Shown here: in pieces, positions 52,040 through 61,034 of the stretch
How the letters are laid out: the number at the start of each line of letters is the position of its first letter
Numbering within the stretch: position 1 is the stretch's first letter
Origin: Leptospira sp.
GTDB lineage: Bacteria; Spirochaetota; Leptospiria; Leptospirales; Leptospiraceae
NCBI GenBank assembly: GCA_034439575.1
Contig: JAWXAQ010000035.1
Span: forward strand, 130,742 to 194,741
Direction of reading: 5' to 3'
DNA: 64,000 nt
The notes under the pieces: generated by a model
Told to the model about the DNA's origin: nothing
The model's input: the letters and a program-made list of their open reading frames with translations, nothing else
The model's database searches: none
Program-made: the position numbers and the translations under genes

Positions 52040-52387
52040 GGGGGCGACATTGGTTTCGACTGTTGTTGACTTGGGTTCAGTGGCACGTAGAGGTGGGGGT
52101 CCTGCTTAAAAACCTTCAAAACAATAACTGCAAATAACGAATTTGCTCTAGCAGCTTAATTTAAGCTCTACGGTTTCAACGGCTGTTTCCTTCGGTGGCC
52201 TAGAAACTGACACCTCTCGAAGGACTGTTCTACGCTGTTTTCGACTTCGGCTAGGATAGAAATCTAAGTTGGATCGGAAGTGACCCCTGGTTGTAGGGCA
52301 AGTCCTTCCAAAATTTATTTACAACCTAAACGTGTAGAAGCTGCATTTGAGAACGATAGGACCTGGGTTCGAATCCCAGCGTCTCCA
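52040..52387 (+). ncRNA. ssrA: tmRNA (transfer-messenger RNA)
   Basis: 5' GGGGGCG pairs with 3' CGTCTCC-A including G3:U; T-arm CTGGG-TTCGAAT-CCCAG; tag GCA...TAA at 52130-52159 encodes ANNEFALAA*; CCA not encoded. Confidence 0.97.
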
Positions 52388-52438
52388 GTAATTATTTTTA
52401 AAAATCCAAAAAAGATGTTCATCACAAAATCCCAGTTC

Positions 52439-52533
52439 GCTGGGATTCGAACGACCTCGAGTGGAAGATGCAATAGCGACCCCGTGAGGGCTTAATAAAA
52501 GCCCGAAGCGAGGTTGGTTTAGCCAAGGGTGGA
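52439..52533 (+). repeat. 95-bp direct repeat, copy 1; begins with reverse complement of the tmRNA T-arm
   Basis: 92/95 identical to 53280-53374; GCTGGGATTCGAAC is the reverse complement of 52367-52380. Confidence 0.92.
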
Positions 52534-52633
52534 AGGAGCGTAAGCCGTTTTTCCTGAGGACAGGATATAATTATAAAAATTAAAACTTGCTTCGTTCTCA
52601 GCAATACGAATCTTTTTGAAGAGGGAATTTTTT

Positions 52634-53014
52634 ATGAACTTTTGGCATTACATTGTATTTGTATTTGGATTATTTATCGCATGCGCTGCTCCCCAGGATA
52701 GACATTTGAGTTCTGAAGATATTCCTATCCCAAAAGAGAATTTAGGTAGAATTCGATCATCGGGAACTATTACGATTCATTCAATAAATAACGAGGCCGC
52801 TAACTATTATTCATTTTTAGTTAAACCTGGTGAATACACGGCTATCGTATCGTATCGCAATGGAAATATAAGCGGCGGTAAATTGCCGATTCGATTCACA
52901 GTAAATGCTGGAGAAACAGTATTTATCTGCGGAGGAGTATTAAGTAATGAGCGTAAATGGAATCCAAGTTCCCAGACTGAAATGAAAAATATCCAACCAT
53001 CATATTGTCAATAA
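52634..53014 (+). CDS. Small hypothetical lipoprotein
   Basis: GAGGGA RBS; LFIAC lipobox; beta-rich with VKPGEYT. Confidence 0.7.
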   Translation: MNFWHYIVFVFGLFIACAAPQDRHLSSEDIPIPKENLGRIRSSGTITIHSINNEAANYYSFLVKPGEYTAIVSYRNGNISGGKLPIRFTVNAGETVFICGGVLSNERKWNPSSQTEMKNIQPSYCQ

Positions 53015-53071
53015 TTGATATATATGAAATATTTAATTTAATTCCTAAATATATTTATCATTAATATATCT

Positions 53072-53226
53072 GGCTTCCCGTAGGCACGAGCGGGACGGCC
53101 TGAAACGTGTTCGACCCGGATGGGAGAACCGTGGAAGGCGAATCCTAATGTCTGCTACATAATATGTTGTTCGCGCTCGCACCCATCCATAGGTGCTGTT
53201 CACAACATATTCTTTCGCTGGCTAAC
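53072..53226. repeat. GC-rich structured intergenic element
   Basis: Stem aatatgttgt/acaacatatt (53161-53170/53202-53211) enclosing gcacc/ggtgc; tcccg/cggga stem; degenerate copy of the tmRNA 3' end at 53139-53156. Confidence 0.55.
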
Positions 53227-53279
53227 TTGGCTATATTCGTCTATTGTAACAAATTCAAAACATCACACAACTTATGTTT

Positions 53280-53374
53280 GCTGGGATTCGAACGACCACG
53301 AGTGGAAGATGCAATAGCGACCCCGTGAGGGCTTAATAAAAGCCCGAAGCGAGCTTGGCTTAGCCAAGGGTGGA
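53280..53374 (+). repeat. 95-bp direct repeat, copy 2
   Basis: Matches 52439-52533 with 3 mismatches; internal hairpins gggctt-aataa-aagccc and cttggc-tta-gccaag. Confidence 0.92.
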
Positions 53375-53566
53375 TATGATGCAACCCTTCTGAAATTGGG
53401 GAGTGGATCTTGTGAAAACTCTTACTAATTTCCTATTTTGTAAAATTTGGTCAGATTGTGAAACTTAGTTAACCTAACTTAATGGATAGATGGTGGAAAA
53501 TTTTTATGAAAAAATAAATTCGGCTTCCATTAAAACTTTCTTACTAAGCCTAAGAGTCCAATTTGC

Positions 53567-54025
53567 ATGACCAAAGAAGTTTATACAAGATGGGAAGAAA
53601 CAACTGGTATAGTGGAAACAAAATTATCAGGAAACATTTCAGAAACGGAAATAAAAGAATGGATAGAAAGTTTGGACAATACATTTGCCAAAATCCCTTC
53701 GGGTACAAAATTTAAGATTTTTGTTAACTTTTATGGACTGAATCCTATATCGGTTTTAGCCCATAAATCATATCGAGCCGTCATTCCGGTATTACTCAGC
53801 AAATACAATTGGAGGGTAGGTTATTTAGATTTATTTGAGGAGGCAAAAGATTTAAGACTCACCACCACAAATAAGATAGAATGTTTAGCAGCCGTTCATT
53901 GCCATCACGATAGCTACAAAATGAAAGAATATGAAAATCGTTTCGCTCGGGAGTCGGAACATTTTTTGGATGATCCAGAAAAATCGGATTCCTGGATCAG
54001 GAGTTTTTCTATAAATCAAAGTTGA
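53567..54025 (+). CDS. Hypothetical protein, possibly STAS/SEC14 (SpoIIAA-like) fold
   Basis: 152 aa; IVETKLSGNISETEI...KIFVN and C-terminal FLDDPEKSDSWI pattern. Confidence 0.6.
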   Translation: MTKEVYTRWEETTGIVETKLSGNISETEIKEWIESLDNTFAKIPSGTKFKIFVNFYGLNPISVLAHKSYRAVIPVLLSKYNWRVGYLDLFEEAKDLRLTTTNKIECLAAVHCHHDSYKMKEYENRFARESEHFLDDPEKSDSWIRSFSINQS

Positions 54026-54044
54026 ATTTTTGAATCAGTGAAAG

Positions 54045-54080
54045 ATTCCTCCCCAAAAAATCTTTGAGGAGGAATTTGAT
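54045..54080 (+). terminator. Probable terminator hairpin
   Basis: attcctcc...ggaggaat stem, then T-rich sequence, 20 bp after the stop. Confidence 0.55.
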
Positions 54081-54384
54081 TTAAAAACCACTTTGGCTAC
54101 TTCTTAAGCTATTAAACTCCGAGAAAAAACAAGAAATTGCATTGTCGCAAATAAAATTAGTGGAACCTCGGCAACTCGAACTCAGCTGTAGTGAAATGCA
54201 TAGCATAACGGATGCTATAAATGTCCATATAATAAAGAATGCAAAATAAGCCCTTTACCATCATAAATTTTAAAAAATAATTTGGTAGTATTCCACCCCT
54301 CGCGACAGAACATTTCATTTAAAGGACGATTGAATAGATGGTAATTACTTTCGTTTTAAATTTTAGTACATAAGGATATTATAA

Positions 54385-55707
54385 ATGCCTAATTCTTTTG
54401 TTTGGAAAACCTTACAACACTCTGCCCTTAGAAGAGCGACAATTGGTACTCTTGTTCTTTTTCTATGTTTTTTTATTATTAGTGCTCTTGATTCTGACAA
54501 AGGTAGGCATTTCCCAATTTGGCATGCTCTGTTTGCTTGTTTAGCGGTCGTATTGATTCCTTTTTTTCCCACGTACCGTTTGGTTCGAGGATATATGTCT
54601 TTGTCGAGTTGGGCTTTTTGGTTTTTCTGGACGGTGATTTTTCCGTGGGCATTCATCATTGGTTTTTTCACAACTTTCATTCCAGAATATCTACCTCTTT
54701 TTTTTATATTGTTTGTCGGAGGGGGAGGAGTGGGCGTAGGTATCATGCCTGGTTGGACGTATATTACAAATACTACAGGTATGGTTGCAATATTTTTTAT
54801 CAGTTTGTATTTTATACAGCCTTCTTTGTTTTTTTCTCCCTCACTTTCCATCCTTTTAAGTTCAGGAATTGTTATCCTCGCCGCATATTGGATAGGCGTA
54901 GCCTCAAATTATTATTTAATCCGAAATGAATCCTCATCAAAAATGTTGCGCAGTTCCAGAAGAGACAAACGGCTGATAGCTGAAGAAAGATCCAAATCAG
55001 AAAAATTGTTACTAAATATTCTTCCTGCAAGTGTTGCTGAAGAATTAAAAGTCAAAGGCAATAGCCCTCCCGTTCATGTAGACTCGGCGACGGTGCTTTT
55101 TACAGATTTCGAAGGCTTTACCTTAATTGCAGAAAAAATGGCACCAAAAGAATTGGTCCAAGAGCTGGATTTCTGTTTCTCTTATTTTGATTCTGTGGTT
55201 GAGCGATACAATTTAGAGAAACTCAAAACCATTGGTGATTCGTATATGTGTGCAGGAGGTATCCCAAAACCAAATTCAACTCATGCCGTTGATTGTGTTT
55301 TGGCTGCCCTTGAAATTCAAACTTTTATGAATCGACTGAAAGATGAAAAACGAAATAAAAATTTGCCGTTTTGGGAGCTACGATTAGGGATTCATTCTGG
55401 TCCACTCGTTGCAGGGGTAATTGGCGATAAAAAATTCGCTTATGATGTTTGGGGTGACACTGTCAATACGGCAAGCCGATGTGAATCATCTGGTCATGCT
55501 GGAAAAATCAATATTTCACTTTCGACTAAAAATCTTGTCGATGCCTTCTTTATTTGCAAGAACCGAGGGAAAATCCCCGCCAAACATAAAGGAGAAATAG
55601 AAATGTATTTTGTCGAAGGTATTAGACCTGAACTATCTGAAGATTTCGAAGGAATGACTCCAAATATTACATTCCATTCATTATACAATAAATTAGTTCA
55701 AAATTGA
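54385..55707 (+). CDS. Membrane-bound class III adenylate/guanylate cyclase (paralog of 22314)
   Basis: TM N-half; SEKLLLNILP, TDFEGFT, KLKTIGDSYM, YDVWGDTVNTASR. Confidence 0.92.
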   Translation: MPNSFVWKTLQHSALRRATIGTLVLFLCFFIISALDSDKGRHFPIWHALFACLAVVLIPFFPTYRLVRGYMSLSSWAFWFFWTVIFPWAFIIGFFTTFIPEYLPLFFILFVGGGGVGVGIMPGWTYITNTTGMVAIFFISLYFIQPSLFFSPSLSILLSSGIVILAAYWIGVASNYYLIRNESSSKMLRSSRRDKRLIAEERSKSEKLLLNILPASVAEELKVKGNSPPVHVDSATVLFTDFEGFTLIAEKMAPKELVQELDFCFSYFDSVVERYNLEKLKTIGDSYMCAGGIPKPNSTHAVDCVLAALEIQTFMNRLKDEKRNKNLPFWELRLGIHSGPLVAGVIGDKKFAYDVWGDTVNTASRCESSGHAGKINISLSTKNLVDAFFICKNRGKIPAKHKGEIEMYFVEGIRPELSEDFEGMTPNITFHSLYNKLVQN

Positions 55708-56150
55708 CTCCAATAAAAATTGTCATCATACTTTAGAGCGAAAGATAAGCTCTATTACTCATTATACTCAATTTTGATGATCGAAATTATTTTTTATCAA
55801 ATTTTCATTTCTAAGATTTTTAAAAAAACTTCTATCACTGTTACATGTACTAAAGAATGCTTAGGCTTATTGCCTATAAAATAATCAAATTATAAATCAC
55901 TGAATCTACGATTCAATATTTAGAAATTTATCTTTGAGAGAAGTGCTCAAAAGTTTATAAAAAGTTAAAAAAATTTTTTAATATTGATTTATTCAACGAT
56001 GGATAAAGCCTTCCCACAGGTTGCTAAGTCTAATGATCCAAAGCCTGAAGCATACAAAGAATGATTTATCATATCAACATATATACTAGCTCAGTTCTGA
56101 TATTTCACATCATACCTTTTTCCCATACAAATAATTAAGGCTGATATTTA

Positions 56151-57047
56151 ATGGATTATATTTATAATACATTGCATAGCCAAGATTTTATTGATCGCTG
56201 GAAAACTATGCTCTCCCGTCTTTATGGTTATAGTACTAGCGGTGACCTAGTAATAGTTCCTAGTTTACTCGGTAAAAAGACTCATTCGTATTTGCCATTA
56301 TTAAATTATACTAATTTAACAATGGAAAGCACAGGCGAAATAATTAATGAACTTCTAGGAAAAAATTTTCAAATTAGAACCTTGGATCCTATTTTTAGAA
56401 ATTTCAGTAATGGCGACACAGTTACGATGCGCGTACCGATTCAAAACCAGAATTCAGATACGATTCTTCATGAAGTATTTTCTTATAATCTGCGCAAACA
56501 ACTTAAAAAAGCCGACAGACAGGGATTCGATGTTATACGGAGTAATTGTCAAACATCAATAGATGATTTCTATTTGATGTTTAGTAAGACGATGAAAAAA
56601 TTCGGTACACCTATTTTTCCGAAAACATTGTTTGAATTAATCCCTAAATATACTTCATCAATGTATTATAATGTTTATCATGAAGGTATCCCAGTCGCAG
56701 CAATGTTGATATTATATGATAAGGGGATTGCTTGGTGCCCTTGGTCGGGTTCAGATGAAAGATTTGTTCACTTAAGACCCGTATATAAAATGTTTAAAGA
56801 AGGAATTTTCGATGCTTGTGACAAAAATATGGACATTTTTGATTTCGAGCGCTCTTCCTTCGGCAATGAAACATATGATTTCAAATGCAGATGGAGTGCC
56901 AAGCCAGTCAAAATTAATATTTTCAGAAATAATAGTGTGGACGTTTATAAAAAATATAAATTTGCTTCTTCTGCATATAAAATGATTCCGGATTTAGCCG
57001 CACTTCGCATTGGACCGTTTTTATGCAAATACCTAGAGGATTTTTAA
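56151..57047 (+). CDS. FemAB-related GNAT-fold acyltransferase
   Basis: NLRKQLKKA, MKKFGTP, FDFERS, YDFKCRW patterns. Confidence 0.75.
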   Translation: MDYIYNTLHSQDFIDRWKTMLSRLYGYSTSGDLVIVPSLLGKKTHSYLPLLNYTNLTMESTGEIINELLGKNFQIRTLDPIFRNFSNGDTVTMRVPIQNQNSDTILHEVFSYNLRKQLKKADRQGFDVIRSNCQTSIDDFYLMFSKTMKKFGTPIFPKTLFELIPKYTSSMYYNVYHEGIPVAAMLILYDKGIAWCPWSGSDERFVHLRPVYKMFKEGIFDACDKNMDIFDFERSSFGNETYDFKCRWSAKPVKINIFRNNSVDVYKKYKFASSAYKMIPDLAALRIGPFLCKYLEDF

Positions 57048-57048
57048 T

Positions 57049-57735
57049 ATGATTCGCACTATTTCAACATATATACATTTCATATTGGAAAGCATCCAAA
57101 AAAGAGGAATTATCTTCACTCTGAAGTTGATTTATTGGGAATTGATTTTTGACTCTTTGTATGGAGTTGATACCTTTGCAATCGCTGAACTCGAAGACTT
57201 AGGAATAACCGACAAACCATTGTTGCACGGTCGTCGATACCAAGCTTCCAATTATTATTTGCTGAAACATGCTTTAGGAAATTTAGAAAATCTAATGGGC
57301 GGGTTTACGCCTAACACCTGTCTTGCTGATATTGGATCAGGAAAAGGAAGAGTCTTGATCATGGCGGCAATAAAAGGTGTATCTCGTTGCATCGGTTTAG
57401 AAATATCTGAAAAACTAAACGTTATAGCTCAGAATAATATAAACATATTAGCCAAGAAAAAAATTCTCTCCAGTGAACAAATCCAGTTAATCACAGGAAA
57501 TGCCGCTGAGTATTCGTTAGATAGAAATATTGATATCGTTTATCTTGCCAATCCCTTCGATCAAACCATTGTAGAAAAAGTAATCAATAATATATTAACA
57601 TCAAATAAAAATAATCCTCGAAAAATCTTTATTGTATACATGACTCCCTTACATGAAGAGTTATTTCAAGAGGATAAGTTTGAATTATTATATAAATTCA
57701 ATAGTGATTACAGCATTTTTAGAATAAAAATATAA
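57049..57735 (+). CDS. Class I SAM-dependent methyltransferase
   Basis: DIGSGKGRV, GLEIS, YLANPF. Confidence 0.85.
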   Translation: MIRTISTYIHFILESIQKRGIIFTLKLIYWELIFDSLYGVDTFAIAELEDLGITDKPLLHGRRYQASNYYLLKHALGNLENLMGGFTPNTCLADIGSGKGRVLIMAAIKGVSRCIGLEISEKLNVIAQNNINILAKKKILSSEQIQLITGNAAEYSLDRNIDIVYLANPFDQTIVEKVINNILTSNKNNPRKIFIVYMTPLHEELFQEDKFELLYKFNSDYSIFRIKI

Positions 57736-57744
57736 TCTAAATTT

Positions 57745-58215
57745 TTACATTAAATATCGTTTACCAATGTTATCTCTTAGATTTGGATTGGCACCAGAAG
57801 AGATCAGTAAATCAGAAATATCGCCTAATTGGTCAAAACTATAACTGATGTGAAGTGGTGTCACACCATTCTCGTCAGCTTGATTTGGATCTGTTCCGTA
57901 ATTTAAAAAAACTTTTACCATTTGGATTCTTCCGTTTTCGACAGCTATATGCAATGGGTATTGACCATTATCTGTTTGTAGATTTGGATTGATTTTTGTT
58001 TTCAGGAGTTCTTCCAAATAACGAGGATCAGTTGTTTCTGAAGATGCCAATCCAAGTAAAGTCGGACCTGCTTTTCGAAAACTAATTTCATCTTTCAAAT
58101 TTGCAAGCAAGGATTCAAATCTTGTAAAATCATCCTTTATTATGGTCTCGACTAAGGCACGAATTTTGGCATCAGCTATGAAAGAATTGATAAAGGATAA
58201 TAATTTTTTAATCAT
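57745..58215 (-). CDS. Ankyrin repeat protein
   Basis: GQYPLHIAVENG, GVTPLH, GANPN. Confidence 0.9.
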   Translation of the reverse strand: MIKKLLSFINSFIADAKIRALVETIIKDDFTRFESLLANLKDEISFRKAGPTLLGLASSETTDPRYLEELLKTKINPNLQTDNGQYPLHIAVENGRIQMVKVFLNYGTDPNQADENGVTPLHISYSFDQLGDISDLLISSGANPNLRDNIGKRYLM

Positions 58216-58241
58216 AAGTTCTTACCTTAATCCATTATAAA

Positions 58242-59081
58242 TCATTTATCTTTTTGATAATTGTAAAAATGCGACATTTTTTCATGCAGAGCAAACCATT
58301 CTTTTGGCAAATATCCTGTCATTTGTTTGAAATCTTTAATCAAATGTGATTGATCATTAAAATTATATTCATAAGCAATATCGGTTAATTTAGCATTTTG
58401 ATTTTCGCTTTTGTAATTTTTAGGATCACGAATCATAGATAGCACCCTATGGATTTTTTTTAGTTCCCCTGGAGGCATACCGAAAATTTTTAAAAATTTT
58501 CTTTCCAATTGTTTTCTGGAAATATTTGCCATCTTTGCCAAATCATTGATACCTCTTTCACCAAGCAATAGTTTTGTGAAACATTTTTTTATATCGGCTT
58601 CAATTTTTGTTCGAATAGATAAATGCGTTTGCAGATGATTTTCAATTGTTTCAAATTCTTTTGATAATAAAAATTGATCATCCATTTTATGATTATGAAT
58701 TTTTAGGTAATTAAATATTTCTTCCTGACAATAAACTAAAACCTGCTCTGTGACATTGTGAAATTGATTCCTTAAATAATCACCCTTAATGCCAAAGCAT
58801 TCAAAAATAGAACCTGGATGAAATCGGATTCCAAAAATTTGTAAGGGATGTTCAGCAAACAACTTCCAGCGCTCATTTTGAGGCCCAACCCAGTGAGTGT
58901 CTGTTAATTGAATTATAGAATCAGGATTTTTTTTATGCAAACTCGGTGGCTTTGAAATATGAAAAACACACTCAGTCTCATAAGAAGGCAATATCCAAGG
59001 TAGTTCACTAGCCAAGACCCCATCCCAAATCCAAAACTCTTTAATGAAAGAATTTGATTTTGGTAATTGGAAATAGATCAT
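58242..59081 (-). CDS. AraC family transcriptional regulator
   Basis: FGIRFHPG N-domain; ISRKQLERKF and FNDQSHLIKDFKQMTG HTH pair. Confidence 0.9.
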   Translation of the reverse strand: MIYFQLPKSNSFIKEFWIWDGVLASELPWILPSYETECVFHISKPPSLHKKNPDSIIQLTDTHWVGPQNERWKLFAEHPLQIFGIRFHPGSIFECFGIKGDYLRNQFHNVTEQVLVYCQEEIFNYLKIHNHKMDDQFLLSKEFETIENHLQTHLSIRTKIEADIKKCFTKLLLGERGINDLAKMANISRKQLERKFLKIFGMPPGELKKIHRVLSMIRDPKNYKSENQNAKLTDIAYEYNFNDQSHLIKDFKQMTGYLPKEWFALHEKMSHFYNYQKDK

Positions 59082-59302
59082 GTTTTATTACCTTGATAAC
59101 AATTTCATATTTAGCTAGAGCGAAATTTCGTATTTAGAGGGAAATGTCTTACATAGCGAAATGGCAAATTTAATATTACTATTAATTCAATTTTATATCT
59201 AGATTTGAATGTCGATCATTTTGATTTTTACCTTTCAATAATAGATTGAAAATCATATAGTATTATAATTTCCTACGAACTGTTTCGGAAACAAGGCTTC
59301 AA

Positions 59303-60760
59303 ATGAATTATTTTATATACTACTTACTCTTATCTTCTGTTTTCAATTTGTATCTGAATGCACAAAGCTCTACATTTGACTTTGCGAAATCTTTACCAAA
59401 CCCAAAATCGACACCAAAAAATTGGATTCTAGATAAGTCGGGGATTTTAGAGTCAACGACATCCTTAGTAAAATTAAACCAAATTATCATAGACTTAGAA
59501 AAAGAAACTACTATTGAAATAGCAATTGTTATACTTCCATCTATCGGGGATTTAGTTCCAAAAAACCTTGCTACAGAAATATTTAATTTATGGGGTATAG
59601 GTAAGGCGAATAAAAACAATGGAATTTTAATTTTACATGTTTTAGATCAAAGAAGAATTGAGATCGAAACAGGTTATGAAATAGAAGGAATTTTACCCGA
59701 TGTGATCTGTAAAAGATTATTAGAAGAAAAAGCAATTCCCTATTTCAAAGTAGGTGCTTTTTCTACTGGGTTTGAAAGTTTACTGATCTCACTCACGACT
59801 ATTCTTAGAAATCCGAATTGGTCTTATTCTGACTTCCATCTATTAATTACAAATCTTCCTGATCCAAATAATGCTAAAGTAGATAAAATTCCTGAAATCT
59901 TAAAACGAGCCTTAGATCCTACATTTGAATCGAAACAAATATGGCGCTTTCGTTCAATTTACTTTTTTGTTCCAGGACTGATTCTATATTTACTTTTACG
60001 TTTTCTTTTGTATCGATTCTCTAGCTATTTCAAAACAAAATATGAATATCCGTATGAACGTGAAGAGGCACTTACGAAATATAATTTCCTCTTTCATGGG
60101 TTTGCGACGATACTCATTACCGTTGGGCTCACTGGAATCGTATATTCTTTTTTCGGTATGGAGTCGATACCCTTTTCAATCGTATTATCCTTGTTTTTTG
60201 TTGGAAGCATAACATATGTATACGCTACTCGAATGTATGATAAATGGGAAAAACAAATAGAATTTGTTCCAATCCATTGTTCTAAATGCAAATCACTAGC
60301 TTTTGAAATGAAAGATAAGTCACGCATGGTATCTTTGCTTTCTGAAAATGAATCATTCGAACGATCCCTACTTACATATAAATTCAATATTTTCGAATGT
60401 AACAAGTGCCATCACCTTGAAACGCGTCGATCACCTGGCTCTAAGTACGAAGATTATTCTGAGTGTCAAAAGTGTAACTGCCGTTCTTTGAAAGAAGAAA
60501 ACAAAGTTTTAAAGTACGCTACTATTTCCGATGAAGGTTTATCTGAAGTAATTAGTGAATGCTTAAAATGTGGAGATTCAACTCAATCCCAGCACAAGCT
60601 CCCAAAATTGGTTTCGTATCGAGATACCAAAAGCTCTAATTCAAGTGGCAGTTCCAGTAATTCTACTTCTTCGAATTCAAATTCTTCATCTAGTTCCAGT
60701 TCTAGTAGTAAATTTGGAGGAGGTTCTTCGGGAGGAGGTGGAAGTGGGTCTAGTTATTAA
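59303..60760 (+). CDS. TPM domain (YgcG-like) membrane protein with C-terminal CxxC motifs and Ser/Gly tail
   Basis: IFNLWGIG...NNGILIL...IETGYEIEGILPD; 3 TM; CSKC, CNKC, CQKC, CLKC; FGGGSSGGGGS tail. Confidence 0.88.
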   Translation: MNYFIYYLLLSSVFNLYLNAQSSTFDFAKSLPNPKSTPKNWILDKSGILESTTSLVKLNQIIIDLEKETTIEIAIVILPSIGDLVPKNLATEIFNLWGIGKANKNNGILILHVLDQRRIEIETGYEIEGILPDVICKRLLEEKAIPYFKVGAFSTGFESLLISLTTILRNPNWSYSDFHLLITNLPDPNNAKVDKIPEILKRALDPTFESKQIWRFRSIYFFVPGLILYLLLRFLLYRFSSYFKTKYEYPYEREEALTKYNFLFHGFATILITVGLTGIVYSFFGMESIPFSIVLSLFFVGSITYVYATRMYDKWEKQIEFVPIHCSKCKSLAFEMKDKSRMVSLLSENESFERSLLTYKFNIFECNKCHHLETRRSPGSKYEDYSECQKCNCRSLKEENKVLKYATISDEGLSEVISECLKCGDSTQSQHKLPKLVSYRDTKSSNSSGSSSNSTSSNSNSSSSSSSSSKFGGGSSGGGGSGSSY

Positions 60761-60793
60761 TCTTTGTCTCAAAATTAGTTAACTATTGCTTTA

Positions 60794-60908
60794 CCCAGCC
60801 ACGCGCCACTGGGCGTAGCGGAAATCCTTTCGCAAGGCGAAAGATTGGAGCGGAGCACAGGACCCGTTTCCGAAGGATTTTTATTAAAAATGACATGGGG
60901 GGCGCCCA
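60794..60908. repeat. GC-rich palindromic REP/MITE-like element, same family as 10495-10600, opposite orientation; boundaries approximate
   Basis: agcggaaatcc (60817-60827) and gattggagcgg (60843-60853) flank hairpin tttcgc-aag-gcgaaa. Confidence 0.65.
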
Positions 60909-60973
60909 ATTGGCCCCAAAGGATGAATTCCCTAAAAAAATGAATCTATTTTGTGTAATTTTTGTGTTTTAAG

Positions 60974-61002
60974 TTGACACAATTGTTACATTTGTGTTAA
61001 TT
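60974..61002 (+). promoter_or_regulatory. Sigma70-like -35 (TTGACA) overlapped by a 21-bp palindrome
   Basis: TTGACA at 60974; ACACAATTGT-T-ACATTTGTGT at 60977-60997 (1 mismatch). Confidence 0.55.
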
Positions 61003-61034
61003 CGAACCGAAAGCAAAAAAGGAAATTCAGGAAT

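Noticed and set aside
52280-52604. Short ORFs 52280-52495 (+) and 52422-52604 (-)
   Set aside because: They overlap the tmRNA and the repeat; best explained as chance frames
53100-53160. tRNA gene suggested by GTTCGAC
   Set aside because: No T-stem pairing, cloverleaf or acceptor stem could be built
53120-53317. 65-aa ORF
   Set aside because: Lies in the structured repeat region, with no RBS or recognisable protein features
52439-53374. The two 95-bp repeats as a CRISPR array
   Set aside because: Only two copies, far too long, separated by 746 bp containing a gene; no cas genes in the window
53072-53374. Integron attC sites
   Set aside because: No convincing paired RYYYAAC/GTTRRRY boxes at the gene end and no integron integrase
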